A stretch of 64,000 bases of DNA from an uncultured Ruminococcus sp. (GTDB lineage Bacteria; Bacillota; Clostridia; Oscillospirales; CAG-272), in contig CACZNC010000019.1 of the NCBI GenBank assembly GCA_902782445.1, forward strand, positions 12,662-76,661, in the 5' to 3' direction. The number at the start of each line of letters is the position of its first letter. The stretch's first letter is position 1. A program made the position numbers and the translations under genes. Below are positions 49,841 through 58,314 of this stretch, piece by piece. Under the pieces are notes generated by a model, which did no database searches, was not told the origin of the DNA, and saw only the letters and a list, made by a program, of their open reading frames with translations.

Positions 49841-51421
49841 ATGACCAACGAAATTCTCCGGGCGACCGCGGCCCTTCTCGCGGCTGCCGTCATGCTCCCC
49901 GCTTCCGCCGGATGCAGCAAGGGCGGCATTTCCGTGAGCGACGCCACCGCACTCATGAACGAACTCGACAAAACCGGGGCTATCTCCATCGAGGATATCG
50001 AAGCGGAAAAGGAAGCTGCGGCGAAGGCTGCGGCGGAAAAGAAAGCGGCGGAACTCGCGGAAAAGGAAGCCCAGCGTCAGGCCGCGAAGGACGCTCTCAA
50101 CAACAAGAACCAGAATCCGAATCCCCCGCCGAAGAAGGAAGAGGAACCCGCCGAGCCTACCGAGCCTGTGGAACTGAAACGGGACCATCCCGTCGAAGCC
50201 GTTCCGCTGGACGATCCCTCCCTCTACTCCGCCGGGCCGCGGGTTCCCGAGGTTTACGATCCTGCCGACACGCGGGAACTGAAGGTTCTCGGCGCGTCCT
50301 ATTCCGACGGATTCTGGGCCGTGGCCTACGGTCAGTGCAAGGTCGGGGCTCTCGTGACCGCGACGACCTCCGACGGCGACGTTTTCACGGTCCAGTCCGA
50401 GGGCGGATGCTTCGCGCTCCGGTTTTACGCTCCGAAGATCCACACCCAGCTCATCGTCTCGGAATCCTATAACGGACAGCAGATCGGAAATTCCATCGTC
50501 TGGAACGGCGGCGTGATCACCTCCTCCTATGAAGAGGACCTGAACTGGAGCGTCCTGATCGGCGGGAACAACCAGGGCTTCTACTACAAGATGATCCCGG
50601 ATTACGAATGCTCCAACCTGCTTCCGGATTCTACGATCAACAGCGTGACCGAGAAGATCCGCGGGCGCGTCGAAAAGCTCTCCGAGATCGGGGATGGGTG
50701 CGAGATCATCTACATGCTGGTCCCGGCCTCCATGTCGGTCTTCCCGGAGCTTGTGCCCGACACGGTGGAAAAAGGCGACGGGGAAACCCGCTACGATCAG
50801 GTGAAGAATCTTCTCGAAGACGCCGGAGCGAAGGTCCTCGATCTGCGTCCCGTCTTCGCGGAGCACAAGAACGACGCCCTGCCCCTCTACTACGACATGG
50901 ACAGCCACTGGACGGAGTACGGCGCGTATCTCGCCTACGTGGAGCTCTTCGACTACATCTCCGACCGCTATCCTGCCGCGGCGCCTCACAAATTCGACGA
51001 ATTCAGCTGGGACTGGGATTACTACACCCGCGGGGATATGCCTTGGTATTTCGACGTCGACCAGGGCGGGCTCGTCTACGAATACACCTTCAAGCGCAAC
51101 CCGAAGTTCGAGCTCCCCGCGTTCTTAACGGGGCTCAACCGGTTCAAGCTGAAAAACTCCGTGTCCTATCCCGCCTACATCGATGATGTTTCCGCCGGCG
51201 CGACCTACAAGACCGGGAACGCGGAGCTGCCGGATCTCTACGTCTACCGCAACTCCTACGGCGCGGCGCTCTGGGACATTCTGGCGGAGCGGAGCAACAA
51301 GTGCGTGTTCAACACGATGTTCTCCTACACCTTCAACATCGCGCAGATCAAAAATGCGGATCCCGACTACATCGTCTTCGTTGTGACGGAGTGGGAACTC
51401 AACAACATTTACGACAACTGA
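49841..51421 (+). CDS. lipoprotein with a second AlgJ/DHHW-like domain (DSHW variant)
   Basis: The internal ATG 49841 gives MTNEILRATAALLAAAVMLPASAGCS (lipobox). It has an Ala/Lys/Glu-rich linker and YYDMDSHWTEYGAY. Confidence 0.7.
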   Translation: MTNEILRATAALLAAAVMLPASAGCSKGGISVSDATALMNELDKTGAISIEDIEAEKEAAAKAAAEKKAAELAEKEAQRQAAKDALNNKNQNPNPPPKKEEEPAEPTEPVELKRDHPVEAVPLDDPSLYSAGPRVPEVYDPADTRELKVLGASYSDGFWAVAYGQCKVGALVTATTSDGDVFTVQSEGGCFALRFYAPKIHTQLIVSESYNGQQIGNSIVWNGGVITSSYEEDLNWSVLIGGNNQGFYYKMIPDYECSNLLPDSTINSVTEKIRGRVEKLSEIGDGCEIIYMLVPASMSVFPELVPDTVEKGDGETRYDQVKNLLEDAGAKVLDLRPVFAEHKNDALPLYYDMDSHWTEYGAYLAYVELFDYISDRYPAAAPHKFDEFSWDWDYYTRGDMPWYFDVDQGGLVYEYTFKRNPKFELPAFLTGLNRFKLKNSVSYPAYIDDVSAGATYKTGNAELPDLYVYRNSYGAALWDILAERSNKCVFNTMFSYTFNIAQIKNADPDYIVFVVTEWELNNIYDN

Positions 51422-51469
51422 CGGTTTACCGGACCCTGACTCTATACTTTCTGAAACGGAGGACGCATC

Positions 51470-52714
51470 ATGGGCAAACTGAAAATCGGCGTGTTCGGCG
51501 CGCATCGCGGCATGACGATGATCCATCAGCTGCTGAACAACCCGGACGCGGAAGTCACCGCGATCTGCGACAAGTACAGACCCTCTCTCGACGCCGCCGG
51601 AAAGACTGCGGAGGACGCGGGGCTCAAGGTCGCGCTGTTCGAACGCTTTGACGATTTCTTTGCATGCGATATGGACGCGGTGGTGCTCGCCAACTACGCC
51701 CACGAACACGCGAAATTCGCCGTCCCGATCCTGAAAAGCGGCCGCCACGTCATGAGCGAAGTGCTGACCTGCGCCAATCTCGCGGAGGCGGTGGCTCTGA
51801 TCGAAGCGGTGGAGGAGACCGGGAAGATCTACCAGTACGCGGAAAACTACTGCTTCTTCAACACCACCGCGGAAATGCGCAGGCTCTACAAAGCGGGCGA
51901 CATCGGGGAACTGATGTACGCGGAGGGCGAATACATCCACGACTGCGCGTCCATCTGGCCTCAGATCACCTACGGCGAGCGGGATCACTGGCGGAACCGG
52001 GACTGCGCGACCTTCTACTGCACCCACTCCCTCGGTCCGATCCTTCACGCGACGGGGCTCCGTCCGATCCGGGTGGCCGGGCTCGAAGGGCAGGAAAAGG
52101 AATTCATGATCAAGCTCGGCGCGCGGGCGGGATCCTTCGGCATCGAAATGGTGACGCTCGAAAACGGCGCGATCGTGAAGAGCATTCACGGCGGCCTGAA
52201 GCGCGAGCCCGGTTCGATCAACTACGAGATGTACGGCACCCGGGGTTCGATGGAAACCGACCGCTGGGACGGGAATCTGCACGTCTGGCGCGAAACGACC
52301 GGCAACTGCGTCGGCGAACACGAGAAATACGCGCCGTCCTTCTCCCTCGACGGAGCCGCCGGAACAGGCCACGGAGGAAGCGATTTCTTCACGACCCACT
52401 ATTTCGTCCGCTCGATCCTCGGGGACGAGGACGCTAAGAAGGAAGCCGTCGACGTGTACGAGGCCGTGGACATGTGCATCCCCGGCAATCTGGCCTACCG
52501 CTCGATCATCGGCGACGGACACGCGCTCGAAGTGCCGAATCTGCGCCTGAAGGAAGAGCGGGACAAATACAGAAACGACACGTTCTGCTGCTTCGAGGAG
52601 GCCGCGGGCGAGATGTACGTCTCCTCCACCGCCGCGCAATGGGAACAGCCGGTGATAGGGGACGAGGTCTATGAGGAAGTCCGCCGCAAATGGCTCGCCG
52701 GGGAACCGGGTTAA
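51470..52714 (+). CDS. Gfo/Idh/MocA-family oxidoreductase
   Basis: 414 aa. N-terminal Rossmann KIGVFGAHRGM and a typical C-terminal alpha/beta domain. Confidence 0.8.
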   Translation: MGKLKIGVFGAHRGMTMIHQLLNNPDAEVTAICDKYRPSLDAAGKTAEDAGLKVALFERFDDFFACDMDAVVLANYAHEHAKFAVPILKSGRHVMSEVLTCANLAEAVALIEAVEETGKIYQYAENYCFFNTTAEMRRLYKAGDIGELMYAEGEYIHDCASIWPQITYGERDHWRNRDCATFYCTHSLGPILHATGLRPIRVAGLEGQEKEFMIKLGARAGSFGIEMVTLENGAIVKSIHGGLKREPGSINYEMYGTRGSMETDRWDGNLHVWRETTGNCVGEHEKYAPSFSLDGAAGTGHGGSDFFTTHYFVRSILGDEDAKKEAVDVYEAVDMCIPGNLAYRSIIGDGHALEVPNLRLKEERDKYRNDTFCCFEEAAGEMYVSSTAAQWEQPVIGDEVYEEVRRKWLAGEPG

Positions 52715-52723
52715 GGAGGAAAC

Positions 52724-53392
52724 ATGCCGAGAACCATCACCGTCCGGGGAACCGGAACCGTATCCGCGAAGCCGGACCGGATCGAACTGACGCTGAATCT
52801 CTCCGCGCTGGATCCGGACTACCAGAAGGCCGCGGAGGAAGCGGGACGGAAACTGGAAGCCGTCCGGAGAGCGGTCGCCGACGCCGGATTCCCGAAGGAC
52901 GAGTTGAAGACGACCAATTTCAACGTCACCACCGAATATAAGGGCGTCCACGATCCGAAAACCGGGGAGTATCGGCAGGAATTCGCGGGCTACCGAATCT
53001 TTCACGGAATGCTCCTCGCCTTTCCTCTCTCCCTCGATACGCTGGCGGAACTGCTCGGCGGGATCTCGGAGTGCGGGGCGGAGCCGGAAATGAACATCCG
53101 GTTCACGCTGGCCGATCCCGGATCCTTCCGCAAGGCCGCCCTCGAATCCGCCGCATCGGACGCGCGGGAAAAGGCTGAGATCCTCGCCCGGACATCCGGA
53201 GTCAGGCTCGGGAAACTGCTCTCCGTCCAGTACGACTGGAACGAGGTCCGCTTCGCTTCGGAGACCTCCTTCGACGCCGCAAACTACGCGGGAGCCCCGA
53301 GACTGGCCAAGGCCGCCTTCGCCGCAGACATGAGCCCGCAGGATATCAAACTGACGGACAACGCCGGTTTCGTCTGGGAGATTGAAGACTGA
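52724..53392 (+). CDS. SIMPL (DUF541) domain protein
   Basis: 222 aa. ITVRGTGTVSAKPDRIELTLNL is a characteristic SIMPL start. Confidence 0.7.
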   Translation: MPRTITVRGTGTVSAKPDRIELTLNLSALDPDYQKAAEEAGRKLEAVRRAVADAGFPKDELKTTNFNVTTEYKGVHDPKTGEYRQEFAGYRIFHGMLLAFPLSLDTLAELLGGISECGAEPEMNIRFTLADPGSFRKAALESAASDAREKAEILARTSGVRLGKLLSVQYDWNEVRFASETSFDAANYAGAPRLAKAAFAADMSPQDIKLTDNAGFVWEIED

Positions 53393-53462
53393 ACAAGACG
53401 GGGTATTCCCGGACTGACATACCGCGGGGAGGTTCGCGCTCTTCCCCGCCCCGGAGGCAATC

Positions 53463-54383
53463 ATGACCGAAGACGAACTCTATATGAATTCCAAAGCGGA
53501 GGGCAGACGGATCCGCGCGGTCTTTCGCCATCCAGACGCAGAGCCCCGCGCCGTCGTCCAGATCGCCCACGGCATGTCGGAACACATCGGGCGGTACGGA
53601 TCCTTCATGACCTTTCTCGCGGAAAACGGGATCGCCTCCGCTGGGCACGATCACCTCGGCCACGGGCTATCCGCTTTGTCGGAGGACGATTTCGGATTCT
53701 TTGCCGAAGAGGGCGGCGCCTCGGCCGTGGTCCGGGATATCCGCTCGGTGACTATCGAATGCAAACGCCGCTTCCCGGGTCTCCCCGTTTTTCTGCTCGG
53801 GCACAGCATGGGATCCTTCTTCGTCCGGCGGTTTCTCTCCCTGTACAGCGGGGAGACGGCGGGGGCGATCCTGCTCGGTACCGGCTGGTTCCCCGCTCCG
53901 CTCGCCTCGACGGGACTCATCATCGCAAAGGCGGTATGCAGATTCAAAGGGGATCGCGCTCTTTCCCCGCTGCTCGATTCCCTGGTGCTCGGACGGTGTG
54001 CGAAGGCCTTCCCGGAGGACGGACTCGCGTGGCTCTCCAAGGACCCGGAAGTCGTGAAGGCATACCGGGCGGATCCCCTCTGCGGACGTCCGCTCCGCGC
54101 CGGCGGATACCGGGATTTCTTCGAGATCCTGCTCTCCGTGGCACAGGAAGAGGATTACGACGGGATCCGCAAGACCCTGCCCGTACTCGTCGCCTCCGGG
54201 GAGCGGGATCCCATCGGAGGAAAACGCGCCGTGGAAAAAATCGCGGGGGAGTATCGGAGGCTCGATCTGCACGACGTGACGGATCTTGTTTTCCCGGGGG
54301 ACCGCCACGAGATCCTGAACGAGGTTGACGGGGACGAGGTCCGCGCCGCTCTGCTCGGATGGCTGAACGCCCATATCCGATAA
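53463..54383 (+). CDS. alpha/beta hydrolase (lysophospholipase/monoacylglycerol-lipase-like)
   Basis: 306 aa with nucleophile elbow GHSMGS, plus HGMSEH and a C-terminal DRHE. Confidence 0.8.
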   Translation: MTEDELYMNSKAEGRRIRAVFRHPDAEPRAVVQIAHGMSEHIGRYGSFMTFLAENGIASAGHDHLGHGLSALSEDDFGFFAEEGGASAVVRDIRSVTIECKRRFPGLPVFLLGHSMGSFFVRRFLSLYSGETAGAILLGTGWFPAPLASTGLIIAKAVCRFKGDRALSPLLDSLVLGRCAKAFPEDGLAWLSKDPEVVKAYRADPLCGRPLRAGGYRDFFEILLSVAQEEDYDGIRKTLPVLVASGERDPIGGKRAVEKIAGEYRRLDLHDVTDLVFPGDRHEILNEVDGDEVRAALLGWLNAHIR

Positions 54384-54410
54384 ATCTGTTTTGCGATACG
54401 GAGGACGAAC

Positions 54411-54887
54411 ATGTTCAGGGAAGTGACGAGAGTCCGGCAGAAGCTTGAAAAAGACGAATGCGTCCGTCTGCTGGGAGAGTCCCGGCGCGGGGTGCTGTCC
54501 GTGATCGGGGATGACGGTTATCCCTACGGCGTACCGCTCAATCACTGGTACTGCCCGGAGGACGGGAAACTCTATTTTCACAGCGGGAAGACCGGGCACA
54601 AGATCGACGCGATCCGCGCCTGTGACAAAGCCTCCTACTGCGTCATGGGAGACGGCGTTCGGAATCCGGGAGAATGGTGGCTGACCTTCCGCTCGGTGAT
54701 CGTCTTCGGGCGGATCGAGATCGTCGCGGATCATGAGCGCGCCATGGAAATCAGCCGAAGTCTCAGTTATGCCTTCACCTCGGACGAGGACTACATCCGG
54801 CACGAGATCGAAAATTCCGGCCCCGCGGTGCTGGTCTTCGCCCTTGTCCCGGAGCACATCACGGGCAAGACGGTGCGGGAGAAATAG
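54411..54887 (+). CDS. pyridoxamine-5'-phosphate-oxidase-fold protein (Nim-like)
   Basis: 158 aa. GVLSVIGDDGYPYGVPLNHWY...LYFHSGKTGHK is typical of the family. Confidence 0.7.
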   Translation: MFREVTRVRQKLEKDECVRLLGESRRGVLSVIGDDGYPYGVPLNHWYCPEDGKLYFHSGKTGHKIDAIRACDKASYCVMGDGVRNPGEWWLTFRSVIVFGRIEIVADHERAMEISRSLSYAFTSDEDYIRHEIENSGPAVLVFALVPEHITGKTVREK

Positions 54888-54956
54888 AGCCGCGGATATC
54901 CGAAACCGGCGGGACGGTACCGACTGAAAAATCTTTTCCGTTTGTGCGGCAGAACC

Positions 54957-54985
54957 TTGACGAATCGCGTCATTTATGCTATCAT
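54957..54985 (+). promoter_or_regulatory. sigma-A-type promoter with extended -10 (TTGACG-17-TGcTATCAT)
   Basis: It predicts a leader of about 105 nt before ATG 55097. Confidence 0.55.
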
Positions 54986-55025
54986 GGTAACAGAATCGGG
55001 ATCGGCTGATTGGGATCCGTATTGC

Positions 55026-55079
55026 GGGTTCCGCAAAACGGTTTCCAGAACGGGTTCCGCAGAACGGGTTCCGCAGAAC
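55026..55079 (+). repeat. four tandem 12-14 nt units (GGGTTCCGCAGAAC type) in the 5' leader
   Basis: GGGTTCCGCAAAAC / GGTTTCCAGAAC / GGGTTCCGCAGAAC / GGGTTCCGCAGAAC, followed by a G6 run. Each unit contains the mini-palindrome GTTC-n4-GAAC. Confidence 0.8.
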
Positions 55080-55096
55080 GGGGGGACGGTGAGAGA

Positions 55097-56233
55097 ATGG
55101 CGATGGATGCGAAGAAACGGTTGTGCGCCGCTATATGCGCTGCGATGTTCGCTCTCAGCGGGTGCAGGGCGATGGTTCTGCGTCCCGACTCCCCGGACGA
55201 GACTGCCGGCGTCGGACGATCCGCGGAGATCGATCCGGCGGAGGAAGCGAACAGCACCGACGAGATCGAAACCGGCGAAGAAGCGGATCCCCTCGAGCCC
55301 ACGGGAAAACCGATCTCGGAAGACTGCCTCTCGCCGTTCAGCACGTTTACATGGAAGTTTCTTAACGGAAAAACGGTCTACGTATTCCCGAAGCGGAACG
55401 CCTACGGTCTCTCCACCCTGTCCGAGATGGACAAATTCCCTCACGACCGTTTCGAGGACAGCCACCAGCCCCCGGAAAAGGACCAGTGGTATCCCGGAAA
55501 TGTGATCTACCACGAGGACACTCACAAGCCGGAATATCTCTGGGCATGGCCGAATTCCACCGCCGACCGGAAGCAGTCTACGCTGGACACGCTGGCGAAA
55601 TACGGCGCGATCTACCGGGGGGACGAGAGCAGAAAGGTGATCTATCTGACCTTTGACTGCGGGTACGAGGCCGGGGCGACGGAAAAGATCCTCGACACCC
55701 TCCGGGACAAGGGGGCTCCCGCGACCTTCTTCCTGACCGGTCCCTACGCCCGGGCGGAATCGAAGGAATACGACCGGGACTACATGCTGTATCTTTTGAA
55801 CCGGATGCTGACGGAGGGTCACATCGTCGGCAATCACACGAACACCCACCCGAACATGACGGAAAAGACCGCGTCGGAAGTCCTCGACGAGATGCAGGCG
55901 GTGGAAGACGGTCTCCGATCCAACTTCCCCGACGCGCCGGATCTGGTGTATTTCCGTCCGCCGGAGGGAGCGGTCGACGAATGGCTTCTCCGCACGAGTG
56001 CAAAGCTGGGCTACCGGACCGTCCTCTGGTCCTTTGCCTACGAGGACTGGCATGAGGATTCCCAGCCGTCCTATGAGGAAGGGATCGCCGCGGCAAAACA
56101 CGGTCTGCATCCCGGCGCGGTCTATCTGCTCCACGCGGAAAGCCAGACGAACGCGGACATCCTCGCGGAGTTCATCGACTGGGTCCGCTCGGAGGGGTAC
56201 GAGATCCTCCCGATCTGCGATATCCCCGCGTGA
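55097..56233 (+). CDS. pdaA: polysaccharide deacetylase lipoprotein, PdaA-like (spore-cortex delta-lactam de-N-acetylase type)
   Basis: The internal ATG 55097 gives MAMDAKKRLCAAICAAMFALSGCRA (lipobox). LTFDCGYEAGAT...ATFFLTG...GHIVGNHTNTHPNM...YFRPPEG...AVYLLHA runs parallel to B. subtilis PdaA. Confidence 0.75.
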   Translation: MAMDAKKRLCAAICAAMFALSGCRAMVLRPDSPDETAGVGRSAEIDPAEEANSTDEIETGEEADPLEPTGKPISEDCLSPFSTFTWKFLNGKTVYVFPKRNAYGLSTLSEMDKFPHDRFEDSHQPPEKDQWYPGNVIYHEDTHKPEYLWAWPNSTADRKQSTLDTLAKYGAIYRGDESRKVIYLTFDCGYEAGATEKILDTLRDKGAPATFFLTGPYARAESKEYDRDYMLYLLNRMLTEGHIVGNHTNTHPNMTEKTASEVLDEMQAVEDGLRSNFPDAPDLVYFRPPEGAVDEWLLRTSAKLGYRTVLWSFAYEDWHEDSQPSYEEGIAAAKHGLHPGAVYLLHAESQTNADILAEFIDWVRSEGYEILPICDIPA

Positions 56234-56240
56234 TTCTCTC

Positions 56241-56281
56241 AAAAGAAAACGGAGCTGTTTATAACGGCTCTTTTCTTTTTC
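56241..56281 (+). terminator. intrinsic terminator after the pdaA-like gene
   Basis: AAAAGAAAAcgGAGC-loop-GCTCTTTTCTTTT followed by T. Confidence 0.55.
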
Positions 56282-56403
56282 GCGGGGATCTCTCAAGTTT
56301 CCGTTGAGTCGGATTCTGAGTTTATGCGCTTCCCGGGAGGGGCGAAAACTGCTACAATACGGATACCGGCCGGAATTCCATTCAAACCCGAAAGGAAACA
56401 GAT

Positions 56404-57594
56404 ATGAAAGAATCCATGGGACAGATCATCAGAAGACTGCGGAAAAACGCGGATCTGACACAGGAAGAGCTCGCGGAACACCTCGGCGTCACCTATCAGG
56501 CGGTAAGCCGCTGGGAAAATGACACCGGAATGCCGGACGTCTCGCAGATCGTTCCGCTTGCGAACATTTTCGATATTCCGATCGACGTGCTGTTCGGACG
56601 GGTCGGGCAGAATGCGAAGGAGGTGGACGACTTCCTTGCGCAAATGCTCTGGGAGGATCACCACCATGAGTACGCGGAAGGCGAAACCTTCTACGACTGG
56701 TGGGTGGGACGCTATAAGAAGCACCGGGATATGCTCGCCAAATACCCGAATCATGTCTATCTTCTGTACAGGACCTTATCGGAGGGAGTCTTCGCGGTCA
56801 ATAATTACGCTGACGAAAATAATGAAGAAGACCGTTCCCCGCTGACTCCGGAGGAATACCGCGTTATATTGGAAGAATGCGTCCGGTGGGGAGAAAGGCT
56901 CATCCGTCTGGCGTCGAAGCCGGAGGAGATGGAATACGTTTATGGTGCCAAAGCCTGGCTGATCCTTGCCTATACCCTCCTCGGACAGAAGGAAAAGGCT
57001 ATGGAGACCGCCCGCACCCTTCCGGAAAATTATAATTCTTTCTTCTATTCTCAAATAGCGGGCATCGCGGAACGGACAGGCGATCGGCAGGGTGAGGCTG
57101 AGGCACGGTGTCAGACGATCCGCATGCTGCTTGAAAAGTTGGATGTCGAAGCCGGATTGCTGGGACATATATACTATGACGCCGGTCAGTATGCTGACGC
57201 GCAGGAGTGCTACCTCTTCACCGCGAAGCTGATCCGCCTGCTCTACGGGGACGAGAGCTGGACGCCGCCGTTTGCGTATGACTATTCTACGTCCTATGGT
57301 ATAGCCGCGCTCTGCTCGTTCAAAGAAGGACGGGAGGAAGAAGCAGTCGATCTGCTGAACGAATTTGCCAATAATACGATCTGTCATGCGGAAGCATGGA
57401 ATACCCGCCTGAACGAGACGTCCGCCTCCCCGCTCCTCCGGGCGTGCAAATGGACGTATAATCCCGAAGTGAAGTGGAACGCGAAAAAAACACTGACGCG
57501 CGAGATCCTTGAATCCAACTGGCCGAAGCGGATTAGCGGCAATCCCCGTTTCGACGCGCTGGTGAAGAAGATCGAAGAACTCTCGGAGGAATGA
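56404..57594 (+). CDS. XRE-family HTH regulator with a C-terminal helical-repeat (TPR-like) domain
   Basis: 396 aa. LTQEELAEHLGVTYQAVSRWENDTGMPDV, then about 320 aa of helical repeats. GC looks lower by eye. Confidence 0.8.
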   Translation: MKESMGQIIRRLRKNADLTQEELAEHLGVTYQAVSRWENDTGMPDVSQIVPLANIFDIPIDVLFGRVGQNAKEVDDFLAQMLWEDHHHEYAEGETFYDWWVGRYKKHRDMLAKYPNHVYLLYRTLSEGVFAVNNYADENNEEDRSPLTPEEYRVILEECVRWGERLIRLASKPEEMEYVYGAKAWLILAYTLLGQKEKAMETARTLPENYNSFFYSQIAGIAERTGDRQGEAEARCQTIRMLLEKLDVEAGLLGHIYYDAGQYADAQECYLFTAKLIRLLYGDESWTPPFAYDYSTSYGIAALCSFKEGREEEAVDLLNEFANNTICHAEAWNTRLNETSASPLLRACKWTYNPEVKWNAKKTLTREILESNWPKRISGNPRFDALVKKIEELSEE

Positions 57595-57625
57595 TCGTCC
57601 CCGTCATGAAATGAATCACGGCGCA

Positions 57626-57670
57626 AAAACAGCGGCAAGAGCGAAAAACTCCTGCCGCCGTTTGATTTTC
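57626..57670. terminator. bidirectional terminator between convergent genes
   Basis: AAAAA-GCGGCAAGAG-7 nt-CTCCTGCCGC-cgTTTGATTTT. Confidence 0.6.
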
Positions 57671-57678
57671 TTCCGGTC

Positions 57679-58266
57679 TTACAGACTGCCCTTCGTGGAG
57701 GGGATGGCGTCCGCGTTCCGGCAGTCGATCGAAACCGCTTCTCTGAGGCTTCTGGAAACCGATTTGAACACGCCTTCGAGGATGTGGTGGGAGTTTTTTC
57801 CCGCCAGCACTCTTATATGGAGCGTGATCCCGGCGTTGTCCGCAAAGGCGGTCCAGAAATCCTCCGCAAGCTCGGTGTCGAAGGTGCCGACCTTCTGCGC
57901 GGGACACGGGATCTCTCCGTAGAATCCGCCCCGGCCTGACACGTCGACCGCGCTGAGGATCAGGGCTTCGTCCATCGGGATCGTCTTATCGGCGTAGCGG
58001 CAGATCCCCTTTTTGTCTCCTAGGGCCTCAGCGAACGCCTGTCCCAGCGCGATCCCGATATCCTCGGTGCTGTGGTGGTCGTCGACTTCTGTGTCGCCCT
58101 TGCACCGGACTGAGAGGTCAAACAGGCCGTGGGCGGCAAACAGGGTCAGCATGTGGTTGAGAAAACCGATGCCCGTGTCGATCTCGGCCTTTCCGCTCCC
58201 GTCCAGAGAGAGGGTCAGGGCAATATCGGTTTCCTTCGTTTTCCGTTTGATTTCCGCAGTTCTCAT
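57679..58266 (-). CDS. hisB: imidazoleglycerol-phosphate dehydratase
   Basis: 195 aa: RKTKETDI, GIGFLNHML, DDHHSTEDIGIALG. Confidence 0.95.
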   Translation of the reverse strand: MRTAEIKRKTKETDIALTLSLDGSGKAEIDTGIGFLNHMLTLFAAHGLFDLSVRCKGDTEVDDHHSTEDIGIALGQAFAEALGDKKGICRYADKTIPMDEALILSAVDVSGRGGFYGEIPCPAQKVGTFDTELAEDFWTAFADNAGITLHIRVLAGKNSHHILEGVFKSVSRSLREAVSIDCRNADAIPSTKGSL

Positions 58267-58314
58267 GATTGTCTCCCATCCGGCCTCCGTCTGGAAAGCC
58301 GCGTCTCTGTTTTC

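Noticed and set aside
55026-55079. CRISPR-like array
   Set aside because: The units are 12-14 nt and directly abutting, with no spacers and no cas genes. This is a simple tandem repeat in a leader.
57679-58266. Functional link between hisB and the upstream IorAB/PaaK genes (for example imidazole-pyruvate metabolism)
   Set aside because: It rests on adjacency only. HisB chemistry does not feed or use arylpyruvates, and a 48-nt gap leaves room for independent translation. This is too speculative to report as a finding.
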